The notes under the pieces: model-generated | Databases searched by the model: none | What the model was told of the DNA's origin: nothing | The model's input: only the letters and a program-made list of their open reading frames with translations | Shown: positions 9,344 through 22,571 of the stretch, piece by piece | Position numbering within the stretch: position 1 is the first letter of the stretch | How the letters are laid out: each line of letters begins with the position of its first letter | Source of the DNA: Bacillota bacterium | GTDB lineage: Bacteria > Bacillota > Dethiobacteria > DTU022 | Reading direction: 5' to 3' | Assembly (NCBI GenBank): GCA_012840855.1 | Contig: DUVX01000096.1 | Span: 41 to 64,040 of the forward strand | Length of the DNA stretch: 64,000 nucleotides | Position numbers and translations under genes: made by a program

Positions 9344-10450
9344 CTACTCCGGCGGGGCGGTGAGCAGACCACCGCGGCGGGCGAAACGTTCCTCCGCCAG
9401 GGTGAGCAGGCGATCAACCAGTTCACGGTAGCCGATGCCGCTTACCTCCCATAATTTCGGATACATGCTGATGGCGGTAAAGCCGGGCATGGTATTGATC
9501 TCATTCACATAGAGCGAACCGCTGTCCGTATCGACAAAAAAATCGACACGGGCCAGGCCGCCGGCCTCCACTGCTCTAAAAGCGCGGCAGGCGTACTCCC
9601 GCACCCTTTCTTCCAGATCCGGCGCCAGCCGGGCGGGATAGATTAGCTCCGAGCGGTCATCAAGATATTTGGCCCTGTAGTCGTAGAACTCATTGCTGGG
9701 GATAATCTCGCCGGGGCGTGAGGCGCGGGGCTCAAGGTCTCCTAGGACGCTGCATTCGATCTCCCTGCCCCGCAGCGCTGCTTCAACAATTACCTTGTCA
9801 TCGTAGCGCAGCGCCTCTTCGACAGCGGCGGACAGCTCCCCCTCCTCCATTACCCGGGAGATGCCGATACTGGAACCAAGATTGGCCGGTTTTACGAAAA
9901 GGGGTAGCCCTAGTTCGCTGCAAATCTGCCCCGTCAGGCGGGGAGCCTCCGCCTGCCACCGGGGGCGGTTAAAATGGAGGTAGGCCCCTACCGGGAGCCC
10001 GTGCTGCTGAAAGAGGAGCTTCATGACCACCTTGTCCATGGCCACCGACGAGGCGAGCACCCCGGAGCCCACATAAGGTATCCCAGCGAGCTCGAAGAGG
10101 CCCTGAACGGTTCCATCCTCGCCATAGGGACCGTGCAGAACGGGAAAAACCAGATCTATCTTCACGAAACGCCAGGAGAGCCCGCCCCTTGTTCCCTCAA
10201 TGAGCAGACCCGGCCGAAGCGGGTCGGTGAGCATGACCGCCCGGGGCAGAGCGCTCAGATCGCCTTGCTCCCGGAGACGCTCCCAGACCTCTTCGCCGCT
10301 CAGCCAGGTCCCGTCGCGGCTGATCCCCACTGGGATGATGGCATAGCGTTCCTCATCGATCGCTTCCATGATCGCCCGGGCCGATTTTAGGGAGACAACA
10401 TGCTCACCGGAGCGTCCTCCGAAGAGCACGGCAACATTTTTTCGTTCCAT
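9344..10450 (-). CDS. ddl: D-alanine--D-alanine ligase
   Basis: MERKNVAVLFGGRSGEHVVSLKSA at the N-terminus. ATP-grasp core. C-terminal EINTMPGFT motif. The start is placed at Met 7 of the 9344..10468 ORF, which has an AAGGGGTG RBS. Confidence 0.85.
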   Translation of the reverse strand: MERKNVAVLFGGRSGEHVVSLKSARAIMEAIDEERYAIIPVGISRDGTWLSGEEVWERLREQGDLSALPRAVMLTDPLRPGLLIEGTRGGLSWRFVKIDLVFPVLHGPYGEDGTVQGLFELAGIPYVGSGVLASSVAMDKVVMKLLFQQHGLPVGAYLHFNRPRWQAEAPRLTGQICSELGLPLFVKPANLGSSIGISRVMEEGELSAAVEEALRYDDKVIVEAALRGREIECSVLGDLEPRASRPGEIIPSNEFYDYRAKYLDDRSELIYPARLAPDLEERVREYACRAFRAVEAGGLARVDFFVDTDSGSLYVNEINTMPGFTAISMYPKLWEVSGIGYRELVDRLLTLAEERFARRGGLLTAPPE

Positions 10451-10598
10451 AGCGGCACCCCTTACCACTTGATCTTCCCCGGATAGAAGAAGCCGGCGAA
10501 TTATTACTGATTATTATATCATTAAACGTCAAAAGGCTGCAGCAGATCTGAAAGAGCTGCCGAAACCACAGCGGCACAGCTACAGGCAGCCCTTCCTG

Positions 10599-10627
10599 TT
10601 GCCAGGCCCAAAAAATATTGCTATAAT
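10599..10627 (+). promoter_or_regulatory. Sigma-A-type promoter (TTGCCA-17-TATAAT) for the ATP-grasp/racemase operon
   Basis: -35 TTGCCA at 10599-10604, a 17-nt spacer, and a perfect -10 TATAAT at 10622-10627. The TSS would be near 10635, about 65 nt upstream of the ORF. Confidence 0.6.
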
Positions 10628-10698
10628 TGTAAAGGTCTTAAGGCTGGTGGGCCGGACGATCAAAATCGGAAGAAATATTAAACAGATCTGGTGATATC

Positions 10699-12015
10699 TT
10701 GCTGAGGCAAACAACTCCCCCAAATAAAAGCGATGCCTTATTATATGGGCGCGAAGCCGCTTTTGTCCCGCTGCTTTTTGGCAGCGACATCAACGTCTAC
10801 TCTCTGGCGCGGGCATTTCATGAGAGCTATGGGCTCCGCTCAACAGTCTGGGGTAAATATGCTACGGGGCCCTGTTACAACAGCGATATCATCAATTTTC
10901 ACACCTGTGCGCAAAATGACCGGCCCGACCGCTTCATGGAGCATGTGCAAAGCTTTGCCCGATCGCAGGGTGATAAAATAGTTTTTCTTATCGGCTGCGG
11001 CGACAACTATATCCGCCTCTGTAGCGACTTTCTGGGTAGCTACCCGGATAATGTTATCGCCCCTTACCCCGGAAGGGAACTTGTCGATCTCCTCTTCCAC
11101 AAGGAGCGTTTTTACCGCCTCTGCGAGGAGCGGGGGCTGGCTTATCCGAAAACTTTTGTTTATCGGCCGGGCGAAAGTGCCGGCGCCGCGCCGCCCTTCG
11201 AGGGACCCTATATCCTTAAACCGGCCAATCCGATCCTTTACTGGCAGCACCCTTTCCCCGGTCAGAAGAAAGCGTACCGCTTTGCTCGCATCGGCGAGCT
11301 GGAGAGAGCCTTGGAGAAGGTCTACGCCGCCGGCTACGATGACAGCATGATTGTCCAAGATTTTATCCCCGGTGACGATACCTATATGCGGGTGATGACC
11401 GGGTACGCCAACCGGAAGGGCCGCGTTGAGCTGATGGCTCTGGGCCATGTGCTCCTGGAAGAGCACACCCCGCAGGGCATCGGCAACCACGCCGTGATCA
11501 TCAATGAATACGATGAGGCCCTGGCGATGGAGCTTAAAAACTTTCTTGAGGTCATCGGCTTTACCGGTTTTTTTAACTTTGATCTGAAATACGACCAGCG
11601 CGACGGTAAAATGAAGGTGCTGGAGCTCAATGTCCGCCAGGGGCGGAGCAACTACTATGTCACCGGGGCAGGGCACAATCTTGCCGAATACCTGGTGAAC
11701 GATTATATCCTGAACCAGCCCGCCGCATTCACCATCGCCCGAGAGAAATATCTCTGGAGCGTGGTGCCGCGAAGCGTTATGTTCAGCTATATCCGGCCGC
11801 AGATCTACAGGGAGGAGATGAGAGCGCTGATCATGGAGGGACGGATCAACAACCCCCTCAATTATGCTGCTGACAGAAATTTTAAACGGCGCCTTTCTCT
11901 TTTCAAATCACAGCTGGGCCATATCTACAAGTACCGCAAATACCTCGGCAACAGCGTTCGCGCCGCGCAGGCTCCCGCCGCCTCCGTATACCCGCGGACG
12001 CCGGGCGAAAAGTGA
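10699..12015 (+). CDS. ATP-grasp family ligase (candidate D-aspartate ligase, Aslfm-like; otherwise an uncharacterised carboxylate-amine ligase)
   Basis: 438 aa. An N-terminal pre-ATP-grasp region and a central ATP-grasp fold (ILKPANPILYW..., FNFDLKYDQRDGKMKVLELNVRQGRS). Followed at a 31-nt gap by an Asp/Glu racemase and divergent from ddl. The start is annotated as TTG with no obvious RBS, so the start is uncertain. Confidence 0.5.
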   Translation: MLRQTTPPNKSDALLYGREAAFVPLLFGSDINVYSLARAFHESYGLRSTVWGKYATGPCYNSDIINFHTCAQNDRPDRFMEHVQSFARSQGDKIVFLIGCGDNYIRLCSDFLGSYPDNVIAPYPGRELVDLLFHKERFYRLCEERGLAYPKTFVYRPGESAGAAPPFEGPYILKPANPILYWQHPFPGQKKAYRFARIGELERALEKVYAAGYDDSMIVQDFIPGDDTYMRVMTGYANRKGRVELMALGHVLLEEHTPQGIGNHAVIINEYDEALAMELKNFLEVIGFTGFFNFDLKYDQRDGKMKVLELNVRQGRSNYYVTGAGHNLAEYLVNDYILNQPAAFTIAREKYLWSVVPRSVMFSYIRPQIYREEMRALIMEGRINNPLNYAADRNFKRRLSLFKSQLGHIYKYRKYLGNSVRAAQAPAASVYPRTPGEK

Positions 12016-12046
12016 TCAGCCCGTCAAGGAAAGGGCGACCGTTCCT

Positions 12047-12736
12047 ATGCTGGGGGTAATCGGCGGGATGGGCCCCCAGGCGACCTGGCTCTTTTTACAG
12101 GGCGTCACCGACAGAACCGGCGCCGACTGCGATCAGCAGCATATCCCGATGATCATCTTAAACCATACTACCATGCCCGATCGGACGGCGGCGATACTTT
12201 CAGGTAATGAAAGCATGATCCGCAATCTCCTGCTCAAAGATGCCAGGTTGCTGGAGCAAAACGGCTGCCGCGCTATCGCTATCCCCTGCAATACCTCCCA
12301 CTATTTTGTCGATGGGATTCAGGCGGAGATCTCTATCCCCATCATCCATATGGTCCGCGAGACCGTCAACCGGGTTGCAAAAAACAAAGCTGGAATCAAA
12401 AAACTGGCTATCCTGGCCACCGACGGCACCAACAGGACGGGGATCTACCATGAAGAATGCCGCCGCTGGGGGCTTGAGGCCTATACCCCTTCACCGGAAA
12501 AGCAGCTGCTGATGATGAAGATCATCTACGAGGAGATAAAGCGAGGCAGGCAGGGCAGCCTTTCGGACTTTTTGCAGGTGGAGCAGGAGATCCGCAACGC
12601 AGGCTGCGAAGCGGCGATCCTGGCCTGCACAGAGCTCTCCTGCTTCGCCCGCCAGCATCCCCTACCCAACTACTATATTGACGCCATGGATGTGCTTATC
12701 GACAGAACAATACAGTTTTTCGGAAAGGATAAATAG
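12047..12736 (+). CDS. Aspartate/glutamate racemase-family protein (aspartate racemase-like)
   Basis: About 229 aa. Starts MLGVIGGMGPQAT. Has the second catalytic Cys region (LACTELS). The start is an internal Met of the 11864..12736 ORF, with a GGAAAGGG RBS. Confidence 0.75.
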   Translation: MLGVIGGMGPQATWLFLQGVTDRTGADCDQQHIPMIILNHTTMPDRTAAILSGNESMIRNLLLKDARLLEQNGCRAIAIPCNTSHYFVDGIQAEISIPIIHMVRETVNRVAKNKAGIKKLAILATDGTNRTGIYHEECRRWGLEAYTPSPEKQLLMMKIIYEEIKRGRQGSLSDFLQVEQEIRNAGCEAAILACTELSCFARQHPLPNYYIDAMDVLIDRTIQFFGKDK

Positions 12737-12807
12737 AGCGGCGGGCACCCCCGTTGTTCACAGGGAGGCCCGCCGATGAATTGCATCATTCCTGCTGTCC
12801 TTGAACG

Positions 12808-14892
12808 CTATTCTTTCTCTTTCTCCGCCGCGGCGGCAGCGATAACCTGCTCTGCGGCCTGGTGCGGCACCTCTTCGTAATGCGAGAAAGCCATCGTAAA
12901 AAAGCCGCGCCCCTGGGTCATTGAGCGCAGGTCGATGGAGTACCTGAACATCTCGGCCATGGGAACCTGGGCGCGTATCTTCTGCAGCTCTCCAGCCGAG
13001 TCAACGCCCTGGATCCTGCCCCGCCGGCCATTCAGATCGCCCATGATATCGCCCATATAGGCATCGGGAACCGTGATCTCCACATTCATCACCGGCTCGA
13101 GGAGAACCGGCTGCGATTGCTCCATCCCCTTGCGGAAAGCCATCGCCGCAGCGATCTTGAAGGCCATCTCTGAGGAATCCACCGTATGGTAAGAGCCGTC
13201 TACCAGCTTTACCTCCATATCGACAACGGGGTAACCGGCGAGGACCCCCTCTTCCATGGCCTCGCGGATCCCTTTCTCCACCGCGGGCACATACTGCTTC
13301 GGAACCACCCCGCCGAATATTTTGTCTTCAAAGACAAACCCCTCACCTGAGGCCAGCGGCGCCAGTTCGAGGAAGACATGACCGTACTGGCCCCTGCCCC
13401 CGGTCTGTTTCTTATGCTTCCCTTCCACCTTGGCCTGCCCCTTGATCGTCTCCTTATAGGGCACCTTCGGCGTGGACAGATCAACCTCTACCCCGAATTT
13501 CTGGGAGAGGCGGCTGACGATAATCTCCAGGTGCAGCTCGCCCAAACCGGAGATGACGGTCTCGCGGGTTTCTGCTCGCCGCTCCAGGTGAAAAGTGGGA
13601 TCTTCTTCGAGAAAACGGGAAAGGCCGCTGCTCACCTTCTCCTCATCTCCCTTGGTCTTCGGCTCCACGGCGAAGGAGATCACCGGCTCGGGGAACCCTA
13701 TCGGCGGAAACTGGAAGGGGCTGCTCCGATCGCAGAGGGTATCCCCAGTAGCGGTCTGCTGCAGCTTGGCCACAGCGGCAATATCACCAGCCACCACCTG
13801 CTCCATGGCGATCTGATTTTTGCCCCGCATGGTAAAGAGCTGCCCAATCCGCTCATTCCGGTCTTTGTTGGCATTGTAGATCTGGGAATCGGGTCTGAGC
13901 ACCCCGGAATAGACCCGGAAATAGTTGATCCTCCCCACATAGGGGTCGGCTAGCGTCTTGTAGACCAGAGCGGCGAAGGGCTCCTCGGGCGAGGGGCTGC
14001 GCTTAAGCTCATCGCCGCTTTCGGGATGGACCCCGCCTACCGCTTCCAGATCAAGCGGCGAGGGGAGAAAATCTTTTATGAAATCGAGAAGGGTGGTGCT
14101 GCCCAGGTTGGTGATGGCGGAGCCGCAGAGCACAGGGGTGATCTTTCTTTCCAGGATGCCGCGCCGCAGGCTCTGCCTGATCTCCTCCTGATCCAGCGCT
14201 TCGCCCTCGAGGTACTGGAGCAGCAGCTCATCATCGGTCTCGGCGACGGCTTCGATCAGTTTTTCGCGCAGCGCGCCGGCCTGCTCGCGCAGCTCAGCGG
14301 GGATCTCCTCGCTCTTCACTGTTTTGCCGTCGTCGGAGAAGTAGAGCGCTTTCTCCTCGATGAGGTCCACTACCCCTTTGAAGTCATCCTCTTTGCCGAT
14401 GGGCAGATGAACAGGGACTACGTTCACCCCGAAGTGCTGCTGCAACTGCTCCATGGCGCCCTCAAAATTGGCGTTTTCCCGGTCCAGCTTGTTGATCAGA
14501 ACGAGGCGGGGCAGGCCAAAATCATCGGCATACTGCCACACCTTCTCAGTACCTACCTCCACCCCCGATACGGCGCAGACAACGACGGCACAGCAGTCAG
14601 CCACGCGCAGGGCGCCGATCAGATCCCCGATGAAGTCAAAGTAACCGGGCGTATCCAGGAGGTTGATCTTCACGCCCGCCCACTCCAGGGGGGCCAACCC
14701 CACGTTGATCGTGACCTGCCTTTTGATCTCGTCGGGATCGTAGTCGGTGACGGTGGTGCCCGCTTCAATAGTGCCCTGGCGGTTGGTCGCGCCGCTGGTA
14801 AAGAGAAGCGCCTCGGCAAGAGAGGTCTTTCCGGCACCTCCGTGGGAGATTAAAGCAACATTGCGGATCGCTTCACTGGAATAATATTTCAT
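12808..14892 (-). CDS. Elongation factor G paralog (EF-G2-type translational GTPase)
   Basis: 694 aa. G1 AHIDAGKTT-like motif ([15 protein letters not shown]), G3 DTPGYFDF, and EF-G domains II-V. It sits away from the str operon, so it is a paralog rather than the canonical fusA. Confidence 0.8.
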   Translation of the reverse strand: MKYYSSEAIRNVALISHGGAGKTSLAEALLFTSGATNRQGTIEAGTTVTDYDPDEIKRQVTINVGLAPLEWAGVKINLLDTPGYFDFIGDLIGALRVADCCAVVVCAVSGVEVGTEKVWQYADDFGLPRLVLINKLDRENANFEGAMEQLQQHFGVNVVPVHLPIGKEDDFKGVVDLIEEKALYFSDDGKTVKSEEIPAELREQAGALREKLIEAVAETDDELLLQYLEGEALDQEEIRQSLRRGILERKITPVLCGSAITNLGSTTLLDFIKDFLPSPLDLEAVGGVHPESGDELKRSPSPEEPFAALVYKTLADPYVGRINYFRVYSGVLRPDSQIYNANKDRNERIGQLFTMRGKNQIAMEQVVAGDIAAVAKLQQTATGDTLCDRSSPFQFPPIGFPEPVISFAVEPKTKGDEEKVSSGLSRFLEEDPTFHLERRAETRETVISGLGELHLEIIVSRLSQKFGVEVDLSTPKVPYKETIKGQAKVEGKHKKQTGGRGQYGHVFLELAPLASGEGFVFEDKIFGGVVPKQYVPAVEKGIREAMEEGVLAGYPVVDMEVKLVDGSYHTVDSSEMAFKIAAAMAFRKGMEQSQPVLLEPVMNVEITVPDAYMGDIMGDLNGRRGRIQGVDSAGELQKIRAQVPMAEMFRYSIDLRSMTQGRGFFTMAFSHYEEVPHQAAEQVIAAAAAEKEKE

Positions 14893-15011
14893 TAATAATC
14901 GCCTCCTCCGTGCTACTCTACAGCCGCTACTGGCAAATTTTTTACTACCCGCCGGTGGCGGATATCCTCCAGCTCTCTCTTGCAGGCGCGCTCAACTCCC
15001 CCGCGCCCCTG

Positions 15012-16499
15012 TTAAACGGGATAGATCAGGTTGCGCCCCTCCCGGCGCAGAAGTGACTCATCGATCTCTGTAAGACGCGTGAAATCGGGTTCTCGGGAAC
15101 CGGGATCTGCCTTTTTAACCGTGCTCACCTTTTGGGTGCCGGCAGACAGCGGAGGAAGCAGCCCGCGGCGCCTCTTGAAAAAATCCAGCGCCACATTGGG
15201 GAACAGGATATAGGAGAGCAGGTCCTCCTCCTGGACCATATAGTCGGCGATCTCCCGCCGCGCAGCGGGCAGCTGGGGCTCGAGCAGATCGGCGGGCCTG
15301 ACGGTAACAGGTTTTTCATCGCCCAGCACCTGCCGCTGGATGGTGGCGTTGATCTCGCCCGGGGGGCGTCCATAAAGGCCGCGCAGGTAATTTTTTAGCT
15401 CCGTGGAGACCATTTTATAGCGCTCTCCGAGGAGCACATTGACGACGGCCTGGGTCCCCACAATCTGGCTGCTCGGTGTGACCAGCGGTGGGTAACCCAG
15501 ATCGGCGCGGACCCGGGGAACTTCCTCGAGGACCTGGGGCAGCAGATCAAGGGCTTTCTGTTCGGCCAATTGCGAGGCCAGGTTGGAGATCATCCCGCCC
15601 GGTATCTGGTAGCGGAGCACATCGGTATCCACTCCCATGATCACATTGCGGGGGATCTCGTAACTGCCGGCCACCCCTTTAAAATATTCGCTGATCCGGG
15701 CCAGAAGCTGCAGATCCACCCCGGTATCGTAGGGTGTCCCCCTGAGCGCCGCCACCATGCTGTCCGCGGGGGGCTGGCTCGCTCCCAGGGAAAGGGTGGC
15801 ACAGGCCACATCGATCACATCAGCGCCCGCCTCGATCCCTTTAAGATAGGACATCGAAGCCATCCCGCTGGTGTAATGGCAGTGCAGCTGCACCGGCAGG
15901 CCCACCTCGGCCTTCAGACGGCGCACCAGCTCAAAAGCATCGGACGGCGAGAGCAGCCCGGCCATATCTTTAATGCAGATGGAATCTGCCCCCATAGTGC
16001 TGAGCTTTCCAGCCAGTTCCACAAAATGGGCAATATTATGCAGGGGGCTGATCGTATAGCTCAACGCCGCCTGAACATGGGCGCCCTCTTCTTGGGCTGC
16101 TTTCATGGCCTGCTCCATATTGCGGGAATCGTTTAACGCATCGAAGATCCGGATAATATCGATGCCGTTTTCGACAGCCCTCTTGATAAATTCCTGGACT
16201 ACATCGTCGGCGTAATGGCGGTAACCGACGATATTCTGGCCCCGCAGGAGCATCTGTAGCGGCGTCTGTTTAAAAAGGCGCCGCAGACGGCGCAGCCTTT
16301 CCCAGGGATCTTCGTCGAGAAAGCGCATGCAGGCGTCAAAAGTAGCGCCTCCCCAAACTTCCAGGGAATGATAGCCCACCTGATCCATCAATCCGGCGGC
16401 AGGGATCATCTCCTCCAGGCGCATCCTTGTAGCCAAAAGAGACTGGTGGGCATCACGCAAAGTTGTATCGGTGATCCCTACTTTCTTCTGATCGCTCAT
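15012..16499 (-). CDS. Pyruvate carboxyltransferase-domain protein (oxaloacetate decarboxylase alpha / transcarboxylase 5S-like) with no recognisable biotinyl domain
   Basis: MSDQKKVGITDTTLRDAHQS (HMGL-like TIM barrel) starts at an internal Met with a GGGGGGA RBS. The C-terminal 70 aa have no AMKM biotinylation motif. The inferred length is about 495 aa. Confidence 0.7.
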   Translation of the reverse strand: MSDQKKVGITDTTLRDAHQSLLATRMRLEEMIPAAGLMDQVGYHSLEVWGGATFDACMRFLDEDPWERLRRLRRLFKQTPLQMLLRGQNIVGYRHYADDVVQEFIKRAVENGIDIIRIFDALNDSRNMEQAMKAAQEEGAHVQAALSYTISPLHNIAHFVELAGKLSTMGADSICIKDMAGLLSPSDAFELVRRLKAEVGLPVQLHCHYTSGMASMSYLKGIEAGADVIDVACATLSLGASQPPADSMVAALRGTPYDTGVDLQLLARISEYFKGVAGSYEIPRNVIMGVDTDVLRYQIPGGMISNLASQLAEQKALDLLPQVLEEVPRVRADLGYPPLVTPSSQIVGTQAVVNVLLGERYKMVSTELKNYLRGLYGRPPGEINATIQRQVLGDEKPVTVRPADLLEPQLPAARREIADYMVQEEDLLSYILFPNVALDFFKRRRGLLPPLSAGTQKVSTVKKADPGSREPDFTRLTEIDESLLRREGRNLIYPV

Positions 16500-16530
16500 C
16501 CGGTCCCCCCCCAAAAAAATGCTCTCCAAT

Positions 16531-17811
16531 CTATGGTTCCAACAGCCGGCAGGCGGTGGAGCCGAGTCGGCGACCCCAGACCAGCGCCTCCGTGAGCGGA
16601 AAGCCGGGGATGATCGTTTTTCCGTTAAGCACTCCTGCCGTCTCCCCCAGAGCATAAAGCCCTTCCACCGGCTCTTCGTTCCGCAATACCCGCCCGGTTT
16701 TGTCGACGGCGATCCCCCCAAGGCAGTAGGAGGCCACCGCTTTTATCCTGACGGCAAAAATTTCACTTCGCCCCTTCCTGAAGTAGCGCTCCAGCTCCGG
16801 AAGCTCGAGCGCACAGTCCTCCATAAAAGCGCCGATGTCGCTGTAACGGGGCCAATCCGGTTCCTCTTTTTCCTTCAATCCTGCGCCGGATAGAAGCATA
16901 TACCCCCGGGAGGAAGGACTTTTTGCCAGCATCTGCACCAGCTCAGTCTCGCGATCTGGTGAAAGCGGGATCAGCTCCTCATCAACGACCGCCAGCGCAC
17001 CCGGCGGCGTCTCCACCGGCATCCAGCCCTGCCTCTTTTCTGCCGCCAGGGTATAGGCAAACCGCGACTCCTCCACCAGATCCAACCCGGCCTCGCGGGC
17101 CAGCTTAAGGCTCTCGCCGCCACCACTTCGCCAGGGGGCGACAGCCGTACCCGGCGCCAGCTCCTCGACCCATGCCTGATCATCCAAAAAACCGCCGTCG
17201 GCCAGGATAACCGCCGGGGCGTAAATATGATTATAGACCCCGGCGGGATCGGTAAAACCTACACCTGAGATCTCGCCGCCCTGGATGAGCAGCTCCTCGA
17301 GAACGGCCCCCTCAATAAAGCGGACCCCTTCCCGCTGGAGACTCTCCCACAGGCGGCGGTGCACCTGGTCGTAAGACAAGTTTGCCCGAAGGCAGCGCTG
17401 CGGCGCTTCTTGCGAAAATTTTAGCCCTGTTTCCTGGGACAGCCATTCCAGATCCCCGGCCGCCCTTTCGCAAATCAGGGCGAGATGCCACTTTTTGCAG
17501 CCCATCCTGCCGGCATCATCCAAAAAATCTTCAAAGGATCGGCCGTCAGCCCTTTCTTCAGGACAGAGGGCGCCCTCCTCCCAGAGCCAGTCTTCAGCAA
17601 GGGGCTCGCCGGAAAAGATGATCACAGCAGCGCCCTTTCGGGAAGCCTCCAGGGAAGCAACGAGCCCGCCGATGCCGTCACCGACAACGATGATGTCGGC
17701 GCTCAGGGGCGGCTTTTTGTCCCTGCTCAAACCCGGTTCAAAACCACAACCGGAAAGAAAAAACAGAAGGAACAGGGTTATCAGAAGGATGCTGCGGCAG
17801 CGCAAAATCAA
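16531..17811 (-). CDS. Secreted lipoprotein of the FAD-binding_2 family (fumarate reductase / flavocytochrome c flavoprotein-like)
   Basis: 426 aa. Signal peptide with lipobox LSGC. Dinucleotide-binding motif [11 protein letters not shown]-terminal [19 protein letters not shown] typical of FAD_binding_2. The start overlaps the gyrA stop by 4 nt. Confidence 0.7.
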   Translation of the reverse strand: MILRCRSILLITLFLLFFLSGCGFEPGLSRDKKPPLSADIIVVGDGIGGLVASLEASRKGAAVIIFSGEPLAEDWLWEEGALCPEERADGRSFEDFLDDAGRMGCKKWHLALICERAAGDLEWLSQETGLKFSQEAPQRCLRANLSYDQVHRRLWESLQREGVRFIEGAVLEELLIQGGEISGVGFTDPAGVYNHIYAPAVILADGGFLDDQAWVEELAPGTAVAPWRSGGGESLKLAREAGLDLVEESRFAYTLAAEKRQGWMPVETPPGALAVVDEELIPLSPDRETELVQMLAKSPSSRGYMLLSGAGLKEKEEPDWPRYSDIGAFMEDCALELPELERYFRKGRSEIFAVRIKAVASYCLGGIAVDKTGRVLRNEEPVEGLYALGETAGVLNGKTIIPGFPLTEALVWGRRLGSTACRLLEP

Positions 17812-20243
17812 ACCCTTCTCTCCTCTTCGGGAAGGGCGATCAGATCCATCACCCGATCCCCTTCGTCAAGGCGAATCAAGATAACCCCCCGGGCGTAGCG
17901 GCGCATTAGGGTAACCTCCGCCGTCTTCTGACGGATCACCAGCCCTTCGGCGGTAACGATTATAAAATCCTCCGCCTCCTCGCTCATAACCTTAAAGCCG
18001 GTTAAAGGCCCGCTCTCTTTGGAGATCCTCATCCCCACCAGACCCCGCCCGGCCCGGCGCTGAGCCCGGAATTCAGCCAGGGAAACCCTCTTTCCATAAC
18101 CGGCCTCGGAGACCATGAGCGCGATCTTACCCTTGCTGACCAGATCAGCACCGATAACCCGATGCGGCGGCTCCAGGGCGATCGCTTTCACCCCGCGGGC
18201 AACGCGCCCCATGGGCCGGACATCTGTTTCGGAAAAGCGGATGAAATAGCCCTCATCAGTGCCGATAATGAGCTCTTCCGCACCGCTGGTCAGGTTTACG
18301 GAGATAAGCTCGTCATCATCGGGCAAAGCGATCGCAATCAACCCGGTTTTACGGGCATGGCGATACTCCTTCAGCGCTGTCTTTTTAATATACCCCCCGG
18401 CGGTAATAGCAACCAGGTACCTGCTCTCATCGTATTCCCTGATGGGCAGGCTGGCGGTAATATATTCTTTCTTTTCCAGGGGAAGCAGGTTCACCATAGC
18501 CATGCCCCTGGCCTGGCGGCTGGCCTCCGGTATTTCATAGATATTTAACAGATAGACCCTCCCCCGATTGCTGAAGCAGAGCAACTTGTGATGGGTGGAG
18601 GCAAAATAGCACTGCTCCACAAGATCATCCTTGCGCATCTGCATGCCGACGATGCCCTTACCGCCGCGACGCTGGCTGCGGTATGTTGAGGCCGGCAGCC
18701 TTTTGATATAGCCGCGATCCGTGATCGTGATCACGACATCTTCTTCGAGGATCAGGTCGGTAAGCTCCAGATCGACCGTTTCTGCCACGATCTGGGTGCG
18801 CCGCTCGTCGGCGTATTTTGCACCGATCTCCCGCAGTTCATCGCCGATAATGCTCATCAGCAGCCCTTCATCGGCCAAAATACGACGCAGGTAATCGATC
18901 TTCTTCAGCAGCTCCTGATGCTCCTCTTCAAGTTTCGACTGCTCCAGCTGGGTCAGACGCTGTAGGCGCAGATCGAGGATCGCCTGGGCCTGTTTTTCAG
19001 AGATAGAGAGGAGCTCGATGAGGCCATTGCGTGCACTGGGGCCATCGGGAGCACGGCGGATCAGGGCGATCACTTCATCAAGCCTGGAGAGGGCGATGCG
19101 AAGCCCTTCGACAATATGAAGCCTCTCTTCAGCCCGTTTCAGATCATAACGGGTCCGCCGCTCCACCACCTCTTTTTGATGCTCGAGATAGTGGAAGAGC
19201 ATCTCTTTTAAATTTAATACACGCGGCTCGCCATCTACCAGGGCCAGCATGATGATGCCGTAGGTTTGCTGTAGCGGGGTATACTGATGGAGTTGATTGA
19301 TGATCAGCTGAGACTGATAACCGGGGCGGACCTCCAGCACTATGCGCACCCCCGTATGATCGGACTCGTCTCTTAAGTCGGTGACCCCTTCGATCTTCTT
19401 ATCCTTGATCAGCTCGGCAATCTTCACCACCAGTTTGGCCTTGTTCTGCTGATAGGGCAGCTCGGTAATGACGATATGCTCCCGGTTCTTATCTTTTTTA
19501 TCAATGAGTACCCGGCCCCGCATCCGGATGATCCCCCGGCCCGTCCGATAAGCTTTGTTGATCCCCTCATAGCCCACGATGAGCCCTCCGGTGGGGAAAT
19601 CGGGGCCGTGGATCAGGCGCTGCAGATCCTCCACGGTGCTCTCGGGGCGCTTGATCAATAGCTGCAAAGCTTCGATGAGCTCGCCTAAATTATGGGGTGG
19701 TATATTGGTGGCCATCCCCACGGCGATGCCGGCCGATCCGTTGGCCAGCAGATTGGGAAAACGTGCCGGCAGCACCACCGGTTCTTCCAGGCTCTCATCA
19801 AAATTGGGCCGAAAGTCTATAGTTTCCTTGTGCAGATCTCGTAACAGCTCCATCGCCGAGGTGGAGAGACGGGCCTCGGTATAACGCATCGCCGCCGGCG
19901 CATCGCCGTCCTGCGAACCGAAGTTGCCGTGTCCGTCCACCAGGGGATAGCGTGTCGAAAAATCCTGGGCCAGGCGAACCATGGCATCGTAAAGAGCGCT
20001 GTCACCATGTGGATGGTATTTGCCGAGCACCTCGCCGACAATACGCGCCGATTTGCGATAAGGTTTATCGGGCGTGGAGCCCATCTCCGCCATGGCATAG
20101 AGAATGCGGCGGTGAACGGGTTTAAAGCCATCCCTTACATCGGGCAACGCCCTGCTGACGATCACACTCATGGCGTAATCGAGAAATGATTTTTTTACCT
20201 CTTCATGAACGCTAACCGGTACAATCCTTTTTTTCTCGTCCAT
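17808..20243 (-). CDS. gyrA: DNA gyrase subunit A
   Basis: 811 aa. Active-site region [10 protein letters not shown] with the catalytic Tyr, QRDR, and the C-terminal beta-pinwheel. Confidence 0.95.
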   Translation of the reverse strand: MDEKKRIVPVSVHEEVKKSFLDYAMSVIVSRALPDVRDGFKPVHRRILYAMAEMGSTPDKPYRKSARIVGEVLGKYHPHGDSALYDAMVRLAQDFSTRYPLVDGHGNFGSQDGDAPAAMRYTEARLSTSAMELLRDLHKETIDFRPNFDESLEEPVVLPARFPNLLANGSAGIAVGMATNIPPHNLGELIEALQLLIKRPESTVEDLQRLIHGPDFPTGGLIVGYEGINKAYRTGRGIIRMRGRVLIDKKDKNREHIVITELPYQQNKAKLVVKIAELIKDKKIEGVTDLRDESDHTGVRIVLEVRPGYQSQLIINQLHQYTPLQQTYGIIMLALVDGEPRVLNLKEMLFHYLEHQKEVVERRTRYDLKRAEERLHIVEGLRIALSRLDEVIALIRRAPDGPSARNGLIELLSISEKQAQAILDLRLQRLTQLEQSKLEEEHQELLKKIDYLRRILADEGLLMSIIGDELREIGAKYADERRTQIVAETVDLELTDLILEEDVVITITDRGYIKRLPASTYRSQRRGGKGIVGMQMRKDDLVEQCYFASTHHKLLCFSNRGRVYLLNIYEIPEASRQARGMAMVNLLPLEKKEYITASLPIREYDESRYLVAITAGGYIKKTALKEYRHARKTGLIAIALPDDDELISVNLTSGAEELIIGTDEGYFIRFSETDVRPMGRVARGVKAIALEPPHRVIGADLVSKGKIALMVSEAGYGKRVSLAEFRAQRRAGRGLVGMRISKESGPLTGFKVMSEEAEDFIIVTAEGLVIRQKTAEVTLMRRYARGVILIRLDEGDRVMDLIALPEEERRV

Positions 20244-20329
20244 CAGATTCCCTTTCCCGAAACTTCAAGATTTCAATACCGCCCGCCGCACAGCAGAGTA
20301 GGGGGCGGCCGGCTTATTCCAAAGCGCGG

Positions 20330-22276
<1,947 letters not shown>

Positions 22277-22298
22277 TCAATCATTTTAGCAACTATGC

Positions 22299-22538
22299 TT
22301 ATCTATTTTTGCTTTCTCGGCGCGCCAGGGTGGTCGGAACAATGGGAGAGAACAGTAGAGCGTCATCGGTGACAATAAAAGATTTATGTCGCCCAAGATC
22401 GCTGTTCCGGTAAAATTTCTTATCGCTGCCCGATTCAAGAAATTGTTTATTAACGGGGTTGTCCCGGAGGTTCATATTAAAAATACCGATCAATTCGCTC
22501 TTAAAAACAACCCGCCCCTTTCCGATATGGATAAACAT
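22299..22538 (-). CDS. DUF370 family small protein (RemB/YaaB-like), the usual recF-gyrB interposed gene in Firmicutes
   Basis: 79 aa. MFIHIGKGRVVFKSELIGIF is the characteristic N-terminus. The local GC content is lower than the flanks. Confidence 0.65.
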   Translation of the reverse strand: MFIHIGKGRVVFKSELIGIFNMNLRDNPVNKQFLESGSDKKFYRNSDLGRHKSFIVTDDALLFSPIVPTTLARRESKNR

Positions 22539-22571
22539 CTTACTCCCCCCGTGATACCGGCGCTTTTTAAT

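Noticed and set aside
10840-11676. 278-aa minus-strand ORF antisense to the ATP-grasp gene
   Set aside because: It lies inside the ATP-grasp coding region on the opposite strand. It has no RBS and no recognisable domains.
14026-14853. 275-aa plus-strand ORF antisense to the EF-G paralog, and the 13378..13953 ORF
   Set aside because: Antisense to a conserved translational GTPase gene. These are typical shadow ORFs in a GC-rich genome.
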